A stretch of 45,260 nt of DNA from Ignavibacteriaceae bacterium (GCA_035463895.1 DATHSU010000053.1:1-45260); one strand, 5' to 3'; positions 10,681 through 21,410 are shown, counted from the first letter of the stretch. Numbers and translations are program-made. Notes: generated from the letters alone by a model not told the origin.

Positions 10681-11202
10681 ATGCGTCGCAAAAATAAACG
10701 GAAAATGGAGTTTGAAATACTTGTAAAGCAAAATATGCGGCGTGCGTATTTTGTTGCTCTTGGTTTTCTTGGTTCTCACGATTCTGCTATGGAGCTGTCG
10801 CAGGAAGCTTTTATCAGGGCATACAGGAATTTTAACAGGTTCGATAAGAACCGGAAGTTTTTTACATGGTACTATAAAATTCTTAAGAATCTTTGTTTAA
10901 ATTTTTTAAGGGATAATAAGAACCACAATAGAGAGAACTATCTTGAGTTAAGCAAAAAAGCAGTTATGCAAAAATCACCCGAACAGGAATTAGAAGAAAA
11001 AGAAATTACAGAAAAGTTAAATAATGCAATCGATTCATTAAATGAGATTGAGCGCGAGATACTAATACTGCGTGAGTTTGAAGGAATGTGCTATCGGGAT
11101 ATCTCCGAACTGCTGAACATTCCGGAAGGCACTGTAATGTCACGATTATATTATGCTAGGAAAAAACTTTCTTCGTTAATGAAAAGGAGCTACTATGAAT
11201 AA
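10681..11202 (+). CDS. ECF-type RNA polymerase sigma-70 factor
   Basis: Region 2 (AMELSQEAFIRAYRNFNRFD...FFTWYYKI) and region 4 (REILILREFEGMCYRDISELLNIPEGTVMSRLYYARKKL). The true start could be the internal Met at 10705. Confidence 0.85.
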   Translation: MRRKNKRKMEFEILVKQNMRRAYFVALGFLGSHDSAMELSQEAFIRAYRNFNRFDKNRKFFTWYYKILKNLCLNFLRDNKNHNRENYLELSKKAVMQKSPEQELEEKEITEKLNNAIDSLNEIEREILILREFEGMCYRDISELLNIPEGTVMSRLYYARKKLSSLMKRSYYE

Positions 11203-11638
11203 ACGTTTTATATATTTAATGGAAAAATATTTTGAAAAAACTATCTCGCAAAGCGAAGAACAAGAGCTTAATAATCTTCTTCACAGCAACAGCACATTAA
11301 AAACAGAATTTGAAGATCAAAAACAAATAAAGGGGGTATTGAATAAAATGAAAATGAAAAATCCATCATCAGAGGTTTGGGACGTTTACTGGCTGGGAAT
11401 ATACCGAAAGTTAGAGCGCGGGCTTTCCTGGATATTCATTTCTATCGGAGCCGTAATTCTTCTTAGCTATTCTGTTTATCAGGCGGCTGAACAGTTTTTT
11501 TTCGATCCATCAACGCCTGAAATTATTAAATGGGGTGTAACTATTTTCTTTATCGGCACAATAATTCTTTTAATATCTTTAATCCGTGAGAAAATTTTCA
11601 CATCAAAAAGAGATAAATATAAGGAGATTCAAAGATGA
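11195..11638 (+). CDS. putative membrane anti-sigma factor
   Basis: Overlaps the sigma gene by 8 nt. The N-terminal soluble helix (YFEKTISQSEEQELNNLL) is followed by two TM helices. The call rests on position and topology only; there is no zinc-finger Cys motif. Confidence 0.55.
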   Translation: MNKRFIYLMEKYFEKTISQSEEQELNNLLHSNSTLKTEFEDQKQIKGVLNKMKMKNPSSEVWDVYWLGIYRKLERGLSWIFISIGAVILLSYSVYQAAEQFFFDPSTPEIIKWGVTIFFIGTIILLISLIREKIFTSKRDKYKEIQR

Positions 11639-11949
11639 TTGTTGTAAGTTCTTCTAATATTCCGGGAAAGGAAATTAAAAAATCGTTTGGTGTTGTACGC
11701 GGTAATACAATTAGAGCAAGACATATTGGCAAAGATATTCTTGCTTTCTTCAAAAATATTTTTGGCGGCGAAATTCAGGAATACACAAAACTCATGGCTG
11801 AGTCAAGGGAGCAGGCTATTGACAGAATGATTGAGCAAGCCCGTCAATTTGGTGCAAATGCCGTAGTTGATTGTCGTTTTTCTACAAGCTATATAATGGC
11901 AAACGCCGCAGAAATATTGGTGTATGGAACTGCTGTTTACGTTGAGTAA
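11635..11949 (+). CDS. YbjQ-family (UPF0145) protein
   Basis: 104 aa. GVVRGNTIRARHIGKDI...GGEIQEYTKLMAESREQAIDRMIEQARQFGANAVV is a close match to the YbjQ family pattern. ATGA overlap with the upstream gene. Confidence 0.85.
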   Translation: MIVVSSSNIPGKEIKKSFGVVRGNTIRARHIGKDILAFFKNIFGGEIQEYTKLMAESREQAIDRMIEQARQFGANAVVDCRFSTSYIMANAAEILVYGTAVYVE

Positions 11950-11974
11950 ACCGGCAAAAAGATAACGATGTTTC

Positions 11975-12847
11975 TCAATCTTTGTTTACCAGTATAACTC
12001 CTGTGGTGATGATCAATCCGCTAATCATCATAAGAAGAGTTATCTCTTCCTTTAAAAGAAGAGCCGCTGCTCCAACTGTAACAAGCGGCTCAAAATAAAG
12101 ATACGCTCCTACCTTTTTTGCTTCAAGCTCCCTGAGAGCATATGCCCATATAACATAAGAAACTCCGGAGCAGAAAAGTCCAAGAAATAATATAGATATC
12201 CATCCCAACGCCGGAAGGTTGATAACAGATTGAATTACGGCAGAGTTTATGTTAAACGGAATTATTAGTATCGCCATCATAACAAATAAGTATAGTATTG
12301 TCATAAGAGGAGAATACACGAGCGATATTTTTTTATTAACAATTGAGTAAACTCCCCAGGTAAATGCACTGGCCAGAACAAGTATGTCTCCCCTGTGTTC
12401 AAAGAAATTTATTGAGAAGGGATTTCCTTTGCCCACCAAAAGAAGCAATCCGAATGTGGCAATTAATATTCCGATGGTATTTATAATGCTTATTTTTTCT
12501 TTGAGAAAAATCATTCCTAGTAATGCTATAAAAACCGGGGCGGTTCCAATAATCCATCCTGTGTTTGATGCCGTTGTAAATTTCATACCTGTAACCTGTA
12601 TCCATAAATGAAAGACTCCAATCAGTGCAAGTATCAGAATATAAAAATGGCTTTTTAGGTTTATCTTAAATTTTCGACTTGTTAAAAGGGCGGCCGGAAA
12701 TAGCAAAGACACAGCTAGAATAAGTCTCATTGATATTATAGTTTCGGGAGATATGTAATCGAGAAGATATTTTGTTGCAATAAATGATACCCCCCAGAAT
12801 ATAACCGCTGGCACAGGCACCCAATATTTAAGGGATTTTATTTCCAT
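11975..12847 (-). CDS. EamA/DMT-family transporter
   Basis: 290 aa, about 10 TM helices in two EamA-like halves. Confidence 0.85.
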   Translation of the reverse strand: MEIKSLKYWVPVPAVIFWGVSFIATKYLLDYISPETIISMRLILAVSLLFPAALLTSRKFKINLKSHFYILILALIGVFHLWIQVTGMKFTTASNTGWIIGTAPVFIALLGMIFLKEKISIINTIGILIATFGLLLLVGKGNPFSINFFEHRGDILVLASAFTWGVYSIVNKKISLVYSPLMTILYLFVMMAILIIPFNINSAVIQSVINLPALGWISILFLGLFCSGVSYVIWAYALRELEAKKVGAYLYFEPLVTVGAAALLLKEEITLLMMISGLIITTGVILVNKD

Positions 12848-12875
12848 CTAATTATTATTTCCGGATTTAATAAGT

Positions 12876-13931
12876 CTAAATAAAGTTTTGTGTTGCCTTG
12901 TAGACAAGATCAACATCTAATTCTTTTATACATTTGAACTGAACGTCCTGGCGGGTGCATGTTAACGGCTTTGGTGAGTAAAAGAAACAGGGAGCGCAAT
13001 CAAGGTTTAGTGAAACTATTTTATGCTCTGTTTTCCAGGGCCTGATATAATTTGTGTTTGTAGGTCCTATAATAGCAACTACTTTTAACCCGAGAGCGGA
13101 TGATATGTGCATTAAGCTTGAATCGTTAGTAACAAAAACATTACATCTTTTCATTATGGCTGCGCTTTTCATAAGATCGGGTGTCTTAATAACTATAACT
13201 TTATCTGATCTTATCTGGTTTTTTATGTTTTCCTTCAGCGCATCCTCGTCCGGTCCTCCGAATAAAAAAACTTTAGCTTTATGGTTTTCAATAAGTCTTT
13301 TGGCCAGCTCAGCAAATTTTTCGGGTTCCCATCTTCTTTTAATGTGGTTTTTTAATATTGCACAGCCAGCGTGGAAGCCGACTATAAAATCGCTGGCGGT
13401 AATGTTCTTTTCTAAAAGATAATTTTCTGCAAATAAATTGTTTTCTTTGCTGATATGCAATTGAAGTTTCGGCTGCTCGTTTAACTGTTGGTCTAAAAGT
13501 GTTTCAACAAGCATAATGTTTTCCACAACATTATGAAAATCATCATTTTCTTTTATGGTAATGTTGTTCAGCCACCCAAAATTACTTTTATTTGCGCGAA
13601 GATATGTAACTGCCGCTTTTTTCTTAGCCCCTATAAGAAAATTTATAATATTATACTCTTTTCTGTTTGATGGATAAACATTTATTGTTGCATCATACTT
13701 TCCCCTTAATGAAAAAACAAAGTTAAGCGAGTTGAGGGCTCCTTCTTTAATAAAGTCGAAGAATATTGTGTTATTAACTTTCGGGTTATCGTTGAATATA
13801 TCTTTTGCCCCTTTAATCATAACCAAAACATCTATTTGTGCTTCGGGGCGTTCTTTGCGCAGCAAATGCAGTGCTGGTGTGAACATCAGTGCGTCACCAA
13901 TCCCGGATAATGCAAGAATTAATATTTTCAT
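12876..13931 (-). CDS. glycosyltransferase family 9 (heptosyltransferase-like)
   Basis: MKILILALSGIGDALMFTPAL N-terminus and FVTNDSSLMHISSALG motif are typical of GT9 (RfaF/RfaC-like). Confidence 0.8.
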   Translation of the reverse strand: MKILILALSGIGDALMFTPALHLLRKERPEAQIDVLVMIKGAKDIFNDNPKVNNTIFFDFIKEGALNSLNFVFSLRGKYDATINVYPSNRKEYNIINFLIGAKKKAAVTYLRANKSNFGWLNNITIKENDDFHNVVENIMLVETLLDQQLNEQPKLQLHISKENNLFAENYLLEKNITASDFIVGFHAGCAILKNHIKRRWEPEKFAELAKRLIENHKAKVFLFGGPDEDALKENIKNQIRSDKVIVIKTPDLMKSAAIMKRCNVFVTNDSSLMHISSALGLKVVAIIGPTNTNYIRPWKTEHKIVSLNLDCAPCFFYSPKPLTCTRQDVQFKCIKELDVDLVYKATQNFI

Positions 13932-13934
13932 AGA

Positions 13935-13963
13935 TAAAAAAGCAGCAACCGGATACTTGCTGC
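13935..13963 (-). terminator. intrinsic terminator after gyrB
   Basis: Minus-strand read: GCAGCAA-gtatccgg-TTGCTGC followed by TTTTTTAT. Arms at 13957-13963 and 13942-13948, 28 nt after the gyrB stop. Confidence 0.6.
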
Positions 13964-13991
13964 CCGATTTTATAGTTTATGTTACAAAGAC

Positions 13992-15995
<2,004 letters not shown>

Positions 15996-16009
15996 CTATT
16001 TTCTTCCTG

Positions 16010-16294
16010 TTATGAAAACCTTATTTGCTTTATTCTTTCTTCATTATAAAAAGAATTTATCTTATTAATTATGTTTTCTTCCCTGTGTTTTAGTTCCTGT
16101 CTCCAGACCGGATTTTCAACCTTAATTATGAGGGTTGATTTATTAGATTTCACGGCCGTTACAATTTTTTTCAGGTCCGGAAATATTATATTAAAGTCAT
16201 TAACTATATCGCTGCTTTTAACTACATCTCTTATTTTTTTTAATTCAGGTTCTTTATTAAAAACCTCTTTAAGACTTTTAAAACCATCAGACAT
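16010..16294 (-). CDS. DUF721-domain protein (DciA-like)
   Basis: 94 aa. LIIKVENPVWRQELKHREENIINKIN...IKQIRF fits the DUF721 pattern. Classic position between recF and gyrB, with an 8-nt overlap with recF. Confidence 0.7.
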   Translation of the reverse strand: MSDGFKSLKEVFNKEPELKKIRDVVKSSDIVNDFNIIFPDLKKIVTAVKSNKSTLIIKVENPVWRQELKHREENIINKINSFYNEERIKQIRFS

Positions 16295-17402
16295 AGCTAA
16301 TTTGCCTGTCTTTTATTTTTATCAGAGTGTCTTTTTTATCTTTTTTTAAGAAAGAAAAATTAGCAAAGTCGGTTAAGGTTATAAAAGCCTGTCCGATTTT
16401 TTTTAAGTGCTCACTTATTTTAACCGATCTAAACGTATCCAACTCTCCAAAAACATCATCCAGAAGGAAAATTGGTGTCTTATTTGCAACATCTTTCAGA
16501 TAAAAAAATTCAGCGAACCTTAGAGCTGTTTGAAATGTTTTATTCTGTCCCTGTGAGCCAAAAGTTTTAAGGTTAAAATCATTTATTTCAAAAACAAAAT
16601 CGTCTCTGTGCGGCCCAACCAGATTAGCTCCTCTACGAAGTTCATCTTCTCTTCTTTCATTAATTAATCTTTCGAACTCCACTCGAATACTATCCGAACT
16701 ATTATTGTTGTTTAAATAAGAGTATATGATGCCTGGCTGTTCTTCGTTATTCATAATTTCAAAATATGATTTTTTCAAATACTGGTTATATTCTTCTATA
16801 AAATCTTTTCTATACCTGATAATTTCCGAGCCCGCTTCGATTAATTTTTCTGTCCAGGAATCCAACTCTTTATAATCACTTTGGTTTTTAGATTCCTTCA
16901 TCTTATTCAGCAATGATGCTCTCTGCCTCAGTGTTTTGTTGTAATCCAGCAGAAAGAAAAGATAATTGCTGCTTGCCTGGGATATAATTGAATCTATAAG
17001 TTTTCTTCTATCAGCCGGTGAACCCTGTGTTATAGCGTGATCTGCTGGTGTTAAAATAACAACTGGAAATTTTCCTATAACTTCTGCAGATCGGTTAATT
17101 AATTTATCATTAAGATAGTAAAGCTTTTTGTTTTCACTGGTTGAATAAATCAGCCGCACATTATCTTCTGTAAGGTCTTTAAACGTCCCCCTTATTTCAA
17201 AATTATTTTGATCAAATCTGACCACCTCTGTATCCGATCTCGATATATTACTTTTAGTAGTGCAGAGATAATAAATAGATTCAAGAATACTGGTCTTGCC
17301 CTGTCCGTTACCACCAACTATATAGTTTAATCCGCTATTAAAATTTATTGAAGTATTTAAATGACTTCTGAAGTCCTTTAAAAAAACTGAGGAAAGGATC
17401 AT
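16287..17402 (-). CDS. recF: DNA replication/repair protein RecF
   Basis: Walker A GGNGQGKTSILE, signature SQGQNKT, Walker B IFLLDDV. 371 aa. Starts 1 nt after the dnaN stop. Confidence 0.93.
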   Translation of the reverse strand: MILSSVFLKDFRSHLNTSINFNSGLNYIVGGNGQGKTSILESIYYLCTTKSNISRSDTEVVRFDQNNFEIRGTFKDLTEDNVRLIYSTSENKKLYYLNDKLINRSAEVIGKFPVVILTPADHAITQGSPADRRKLIDSIISQASSNYLFFLLDYNKTLRQRASLLNKMKESKNQSDYKELDSWTEKLIEAGSEIIRYRKDFIEEYNQYLKKSYFEIMNNEEQPGIIYSYLNNNNSSDSIRVEFERLINERREDELRRGANLVGPHRDDFVFEINDFNLKTFGSQGQNKTFQTALRFAEFFYLKDVANKTPIFLLDDVFGELDTFRSVKISEHLKKIGQAFITLTDFANFSFLKKDKKDTLIKIKDRQISYV

Positions 17403-17403
17403 A

Positions 17404-18513
17404 CTAATTATTTAATCGAACGGGCATCAGCAGCATCATGAGTTCTTCACTCTCATTCATTTCGTTTGGTTTAATTATACATGCTTTTGTAGGAGAATGA
17501 AGTTTAAAAGTTATTGTCTCACTGTTAAGATGGGTAAGCATATCGTTAACATAAGAAGTATTAAATCCTATATCCATTGAATCGCCGTTATATTCACAAA
17601 ATATATTTTCTTTAGCGTCAGATCCATGGTCAACATCTTCTGCACTTATTTCCAATTTGCTTTTACTAATGGAAAACTTAACCTGTTTTGATGATGATGC
17701 TGAAAATAAAAGCATTCTCTTAATTGTTGACTGAAGCTGTTGTTTATTCACTACTAGTAAGTTTTCATTTTCAAGAGGAATAACACTATTATAAGCGGGG
17801 TATTTCTCACCTATCAGCCTGGTGATAAATTCGCCGTCTCCGATTAGAAACGAAGCATGTGTTTTACTTAAGTATAATTTTACATCACCTTCGCCTAATT
17901 GTTTTACAAGAACCGATATTGCTCTTTCCGGCAGAATATACTGTTCGGTAACAGATGTTTTAATAGACTTATTTAAAAACTTAACAAGCCGGTGTCCGTC
18001 GGTAGTTACAAACCTCAATCCGTCAGAAGCAAATTCTAAAAGAGTTCCTGTCATAGCCGGACGCATATCTTCTTTGCTCATTGCAAAAGCTGTCTGGTCA
18101 AAAGCTTTTTTAAGATCAACTCCGCTGAAAACAACTTCCTTTTCTCTTGAAACATCAGGGATTTCCGGAAAATCTTCGCTAGGAGAATAGCTAAGATTAT
18201 AAACACCGTTTTCGGTGGTTAATTTTATTTTAGAATTAGGTTCTGTTTCAAATGTTATCTGGGTATCATCCAGAGAACGTATTATATCATACAATAGTCT
18301 TGCCGGAATAACCATTTTAATATTTTCATCAGCAGCAACATTCAGTGAAGATCTGAGAGCAATTTCCAGATCCGTTGCACATACTGTGAGAGAGCCATTT
18401 TGAATATCAAATAAAAAGTTTTCCAGGATAGGCATTGGTGTTCTTGTTGGAACCGCCGGGATAATTTTAGATAAAAGTTTTTCTAAGACCTTGCTGTTGA
18501 TCTTGAATTCCAT
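17404..18513 (-). CDS. dnaN: DNA polymerase III beta sliding clamp
   Basis: 369 aa. The three-domain clamp pattern, the C-terminal LMPVRL motif and the dnaA-dnaN-recF context. Confidence 0.93.
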   Translation of the reverse strand: MEFKINSKVLEKLLSKIIPAVPTRTPMPILENFLFDIQNGSLTVCATDLEIALRSSLNVAADENIKMVIPARLLYDIIRSLDDTQITFETEPNSKIKLTTENGVYNLSYSPSEDFPEIPDVSREKEVVFSGVDLKKAFDQTAFAMSKEDMRPAMTGTLLEFASDGLRFVTTDGHRLVKFLNKSIKTSVTEQYILPERAISVLVKQLGEGDVKLYLSKTHASFLIGDGEFITRLIGEKYPAYNSVIPLENENLLVVNKQQLQSTIKRMLLFSASSSKQVKFSISKSKLEISAEDVDHGSDAKENIFCEYNGDSMDIGFNTSYVNDMLTHLNSETITFKLHSPTKACIIKPNEMNESEELMMLLMPVRLNN

Positions 18514-18656
18514 AGTGAAAATTTCTCCTTTTGAAACGCAGTAAAATACTAAAAATAGAGAGGAATCTCAATTTGTATTGAAATTAAATTTTGGCAAGAG
18601 GAGTGAGTTAGAGCTCGTAAAAAACTCCAACTCACTGAAGAAATCATTAGATAATC

Positions 18657-19070
18657 TTATGGGTTTTCAAGAGGATCAGTTAGACCATTATAATCGGCTC
18701 TGTCTGTAACGCTCAGAGAGGCAAAAATGGTAAACGTTTCACCATCAAAATTAGAAACAAAAATTAATAATGCTTTTGTACCGTTAATGAAATTTATATC
18801 GCCGGATACAGGTCCTTCAGTTTGCACTGTTGCATTCTCAGGAGTCTGGAAAATAGTTATATAAGGATGTGTACCTTGCGGTATATCATCAAGAACAATT
18901 TTTTGTCCATCTGGAACAGTATATTCAGTAGCTCTGAAGTTAATCTTTATCTCGCCTCCGGAACGGTTATCAATAGTAAATTCATTTACATCAAGAGCAT
19001 CGGAACAGCTGATAAAGCTGATAGAAATTAAGGCTAAAAGTGCTATTAAAAATTTCAGCTTTTTATTCAT
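18657..19070 (-). CDS. small lipoprotein, unknown function
   Basis: MNKKLKFLIALLALISISFISC has a lipobox (FISC). The mature part is beta-rich. The ATG at 19070 has GAGGAA just upstream and is preferred over the ATG at 19082. Confidence 0.6.
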   Translation of the reverse strand: MNKKLKFLIALLALISISFISCSDALDVNEFTIDNRSGGEIKINFRATEYTVPDGQKIVLDDIPQGTHPYITIFQTPENATVQTEGPVSGDINFINGTKALLIFVSNFDGETFTIFASLSVTDRADYNGLTDPLENP

Positions 19071-19299
19071 TTTATTCCTCATACAATGTTAAATTATTTT
19101 ATTATTAGTGAAATTAGATTATTCTGCTTTAATAGTCAAACAGTAATTACTAACAAACAATTAATTAATATTAAATGTTTAAATAAATATTTATAAGATT
19201 TATAAGTGTGTTAATATGTTAACAACCCATAAATACTTGATTTAATAAGCAAAAATAAGACAATAATCGTACCGAAAATGTGTACATCTACAGTAAAAT

Positions 19300-19368
19300 T
19301 AAGAGATATACTGAAAAGGGCTGATAACTAATTAAAAATCAACAAAATGTTAACATAAGAGATATACT
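19300..19368. repeat. pair of perfect 13-bp direct repeats TAAGAGATATACT
   Basis: Copies at 19300-19312 and 19356-19368. Each is preceded by an AAAATGT-containing segment (19275-19281 and 19344-19350). ATGTTAACA also recurs at 19216-19224 and 19347-19355. Confidence 0.6.
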
Positions 19369-19379
19369 TTATTAACAAG

Positions 19380-19388
19380 TTATCTACA
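19380..19388 (+). promoter_or_regulatory. DnaA-box-like 9-mer (1 mismatch)
   Basis: TTATCTACA versus consensus TTATCCACA, about 20 nt downstream of the dnaA stop. Confidence 0.35.
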
Positions 19389-19407
19389 GAAAACCGGTTA
19401 ATTTTTC

Positions 19408-20838
19408 CTAAGAGGAACTTAATTCTATCTTACTTTTAAGGTTTCCTACCAGTTCCTGAACTATGATATCACTGGATAGAGCCTGTTCAATTGTGGAACA
19501 TGCGTGTATAACGGTTGAATGATCTCTACCACCAAAGTGAAGCCCGATCGTTTTAAGTGAGGATTTTGTCATTTTGCTTGATAAATACATACATATTTGA
19601 CGTGCAAGAACTACCTCTTTCTTTCTGGTCTTTTCCCTTACTTTGTTTTCGGGAACACTTAAATGTCCGCAAACAATTTTGGTAATATCATCAATAGTAA
19701 CAGTAAGATTGCTTTTTCTTTCAGTTGCAACTTCACGAACGATTTTTTTTGCCAGCTCCAGAGTTATTTCCTTAGAGTTGAGCGAAGCATTTGCTAAAAG
19801 TTTTATAAGACAGCCTTCCAACTCTCGTATGTTGGATGTAATATGGTATGCAATGTATTCTATTATTTCTGGTGAAATTGTCATACCATAATCTTCAGTT
19901 TTCTTTTTTAGTATAGCTATTCGTGTTTCAAAAGCAGGGGGCTGAATATCTGCCTGAAGGCCCCATTGGAAACGAGAGATAAGTCTTTCATCCAGCCCCT
20001 TAAGATCTTTGGGTGCTTTATCAGATGAAAGAATAATTTGTTTGCGGGATTGATGAAGAGTATTAAAAATATGGAAAAACAGATCCTGTGTTTTTTCTTT
20101 GCCAATGAGAAACTGGATATCATCAATTATAAGAACATCCATGCTTCTGTAAAAACTTGAGAACTCATTTATTTTATTGGACTGAATAGATTCCACGAAT
20201 TCTACGGTAAAGCTGTCGGAAGAAAGGTAAATAACTTTTTTATCGGCATAATTTTCAAGAATACTATTTCCTATTGCCTGTATAAGATGAGTTTTTCCAA
20301 GTCCGACACCGCCATAAACAAAAAAAGGATTAAATGATGTTCCGCCGGGATTATCGCTTATTGCACCGGCTGCCGCCCTTGCAAGTTCGTTACCTTCACC
20401 TTTAATAAAATTATCGAATCTGTATCTTGGATTAAGATGTGAATCAAAACCGTTCGTTTTTTTTTGTTCTACTTTTATTACTCTGGAGATGGCCTTAGTT
20501 TTTTCATTGTCAGCAGAAAAACTTTCATCAATACTTGCTGGTTCATCACTAATTACATAAGCAAGTTTTGCCCCGGGCCCAATTATCTCACCCAGTACTT
20601 TATGTATTAAAGAACTGTAATGTTCGTCAATCCATTCCCAAAAAAACTGACTGGGCAGTTGTACCTTAAGTGTAGAATCTTTTATGTCAACCGGCCTAAT
20701 CGGTAAAAACCATGTGTTGTAGGTCATTAAGGTAACATTTTCTTTTATTTTGGTAAGGCAGTTTTTCCAGACCTGCGATGGGGTTAAACCTGAAGAAATT
20801 TTGTCTATTGTTGCTTCGGTAGCTTTTAAGTTATCCAC
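19408..20838 (-). CDS. dnaA: chromosomal replication initiator DnaA
   Basis: GGVGLGKTHL Walker A, LIIDDIQF Walker B, SNIRELEG sensor, and C-terminal DNA-binding HFGGRDHSTVIHA. The start codon is GTG (20838-20836), with no in-frame ATG upstream of the conserved N-terminus. Confidence 0.95.
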   Translation of the reverse strand: MDNLKATEATIDKISSGLTPSQVWKNCLTKIKENVTLMTYNTWFLPIRPVDIKDSTLKVQLPSQFFWEWIDEHYSSLIHKVLGEIIGPGAKLAYVISDEPASIDESFSADNEKTKAISRVIKVEQKKTNGFDSHLNPRYRFDNFIKGEGNELARAAAGAISDNPGGTSFNPFFVYGGVGLGKTHLIQAIGNSILENYADKKVIYLSSDSFTVEFVESIQSNKINEFSSFYRSMDVLIIDDIQFLIGKEKTQDLFFHIFNTLHQSRKQIILSSDKAPKDLKGLDERLISRFQWGLQADIQPPAFETRIAILKKKTEDYGMTISPEIIEYIAYHITSNIRELEGCLIKLLANASLNSKEITLELAKKIVREVATERKSNLTVTIDDITKIVCGHLSVPENKVREKTRKKEVVLARQICMYLSSKMTKSSLKTIGLHFGGRDHSTVIHACSTIEQALSSDIIVQELVGNLKSKIELSSS

Positions 20839-20839
20839 A
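20831..20839 (+). promoter_or_regulatory. perfect DnaA box TTATCCACA overlapping the dnaA start codon
   Basis: Exact match to the 9-mer consensus. On the minus strand it reads T-GTG-GAT-AA, i.e. the start, Asp and Asn codons of dnaA. Confidence 0.7.
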
Positions 20840-21029
20840 ATGTTTTTGCGAAATAGTTTAATGAATTTAATAGAAATTAAAACAAAATATTTTAAGCATG
20901 AAATTTTACCAACAAGTTGTCAACATCATAAAAAGAGCGATAACTTATTATAAAGCAAAAGGTTAAGGGGTGTCTTTTCATGCTGATACACATTTTTAGA
21001 TGTAGACGACAACGAAATCTAAATCCTGA

Positions 21030-21054
21030 TTTTTGTGAAACATTTTCACAAAAA
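21030..21054. promoter_or_regulatory. perfect 25-bp palindrome, possible operator
   Basis: TTTTTGTGAAA-CAT-TTTCACAAAAA has 11-bp perfect arms and a 3-nt spacer. It lies 4 bp upstream of the DnaA box at 21059. Confidence 0.5.
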
Positions 21055-21058
21055 CGGG

Positions 21059-21067
21059 TTATCCACA
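21059..21067 (+). promoter_or_regulatory. perfect DnaA box TTATCCACA
   Basis: Exact consensus 9-mer. A 2-mismatch box TTACCAACA lies at 21070-21078, one helical turn away. Confidence 0.7.
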
Positions 21068-21263
21068 AATTACCAACATACTTTTTAAGAGCTTGTTGAG
21101 GTCAAAAAATAGAAATATAAGTTCTACTCCGCAAATTAATTCGACATATTATTGCCGGAATTTTCTTTAGTGTATATATTTCAAAGAAATAGATGTCCTT
21201 TAATGTTGTAAATATTTAAGTCAACCAATATATTTGCAGACTTTATAAGATAATTAGGAGTAA

Positions 21264-21410
<147 letters not shown>

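Noticed and set aside
13054-13422. Long antisense ORFs in the track inside GT9, gyrB, dnaN, the patatin-Omp85 gene, glgA, the ABC-F gene, the AAA+ gene and others (e.g. 13054..13422, 14749..15084, 17822..18190, 25277..25693, 43067..43492)
   Set aside because: Each lies fully inside a gene with strong family motifs on the other strand. Their compositions are Ser/Phe/Ile-rich shadows.
20750-20953. + strand 67-aa ORF spanning the dnaA start and upstream spacer
   Set aside because: It overlaps the dnaA N-terminus antisense and the DnaA-box region, with no SD or motif. Likely a chance ORF in AT-rich DNA.
21034-21050. Canonical CRP/cAMP receptor site
   Set aside because: The half-sites TGTGA and TCACA are present but the spacing is 7 nt, not 6. 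I report only a palindrome of unknown binder.
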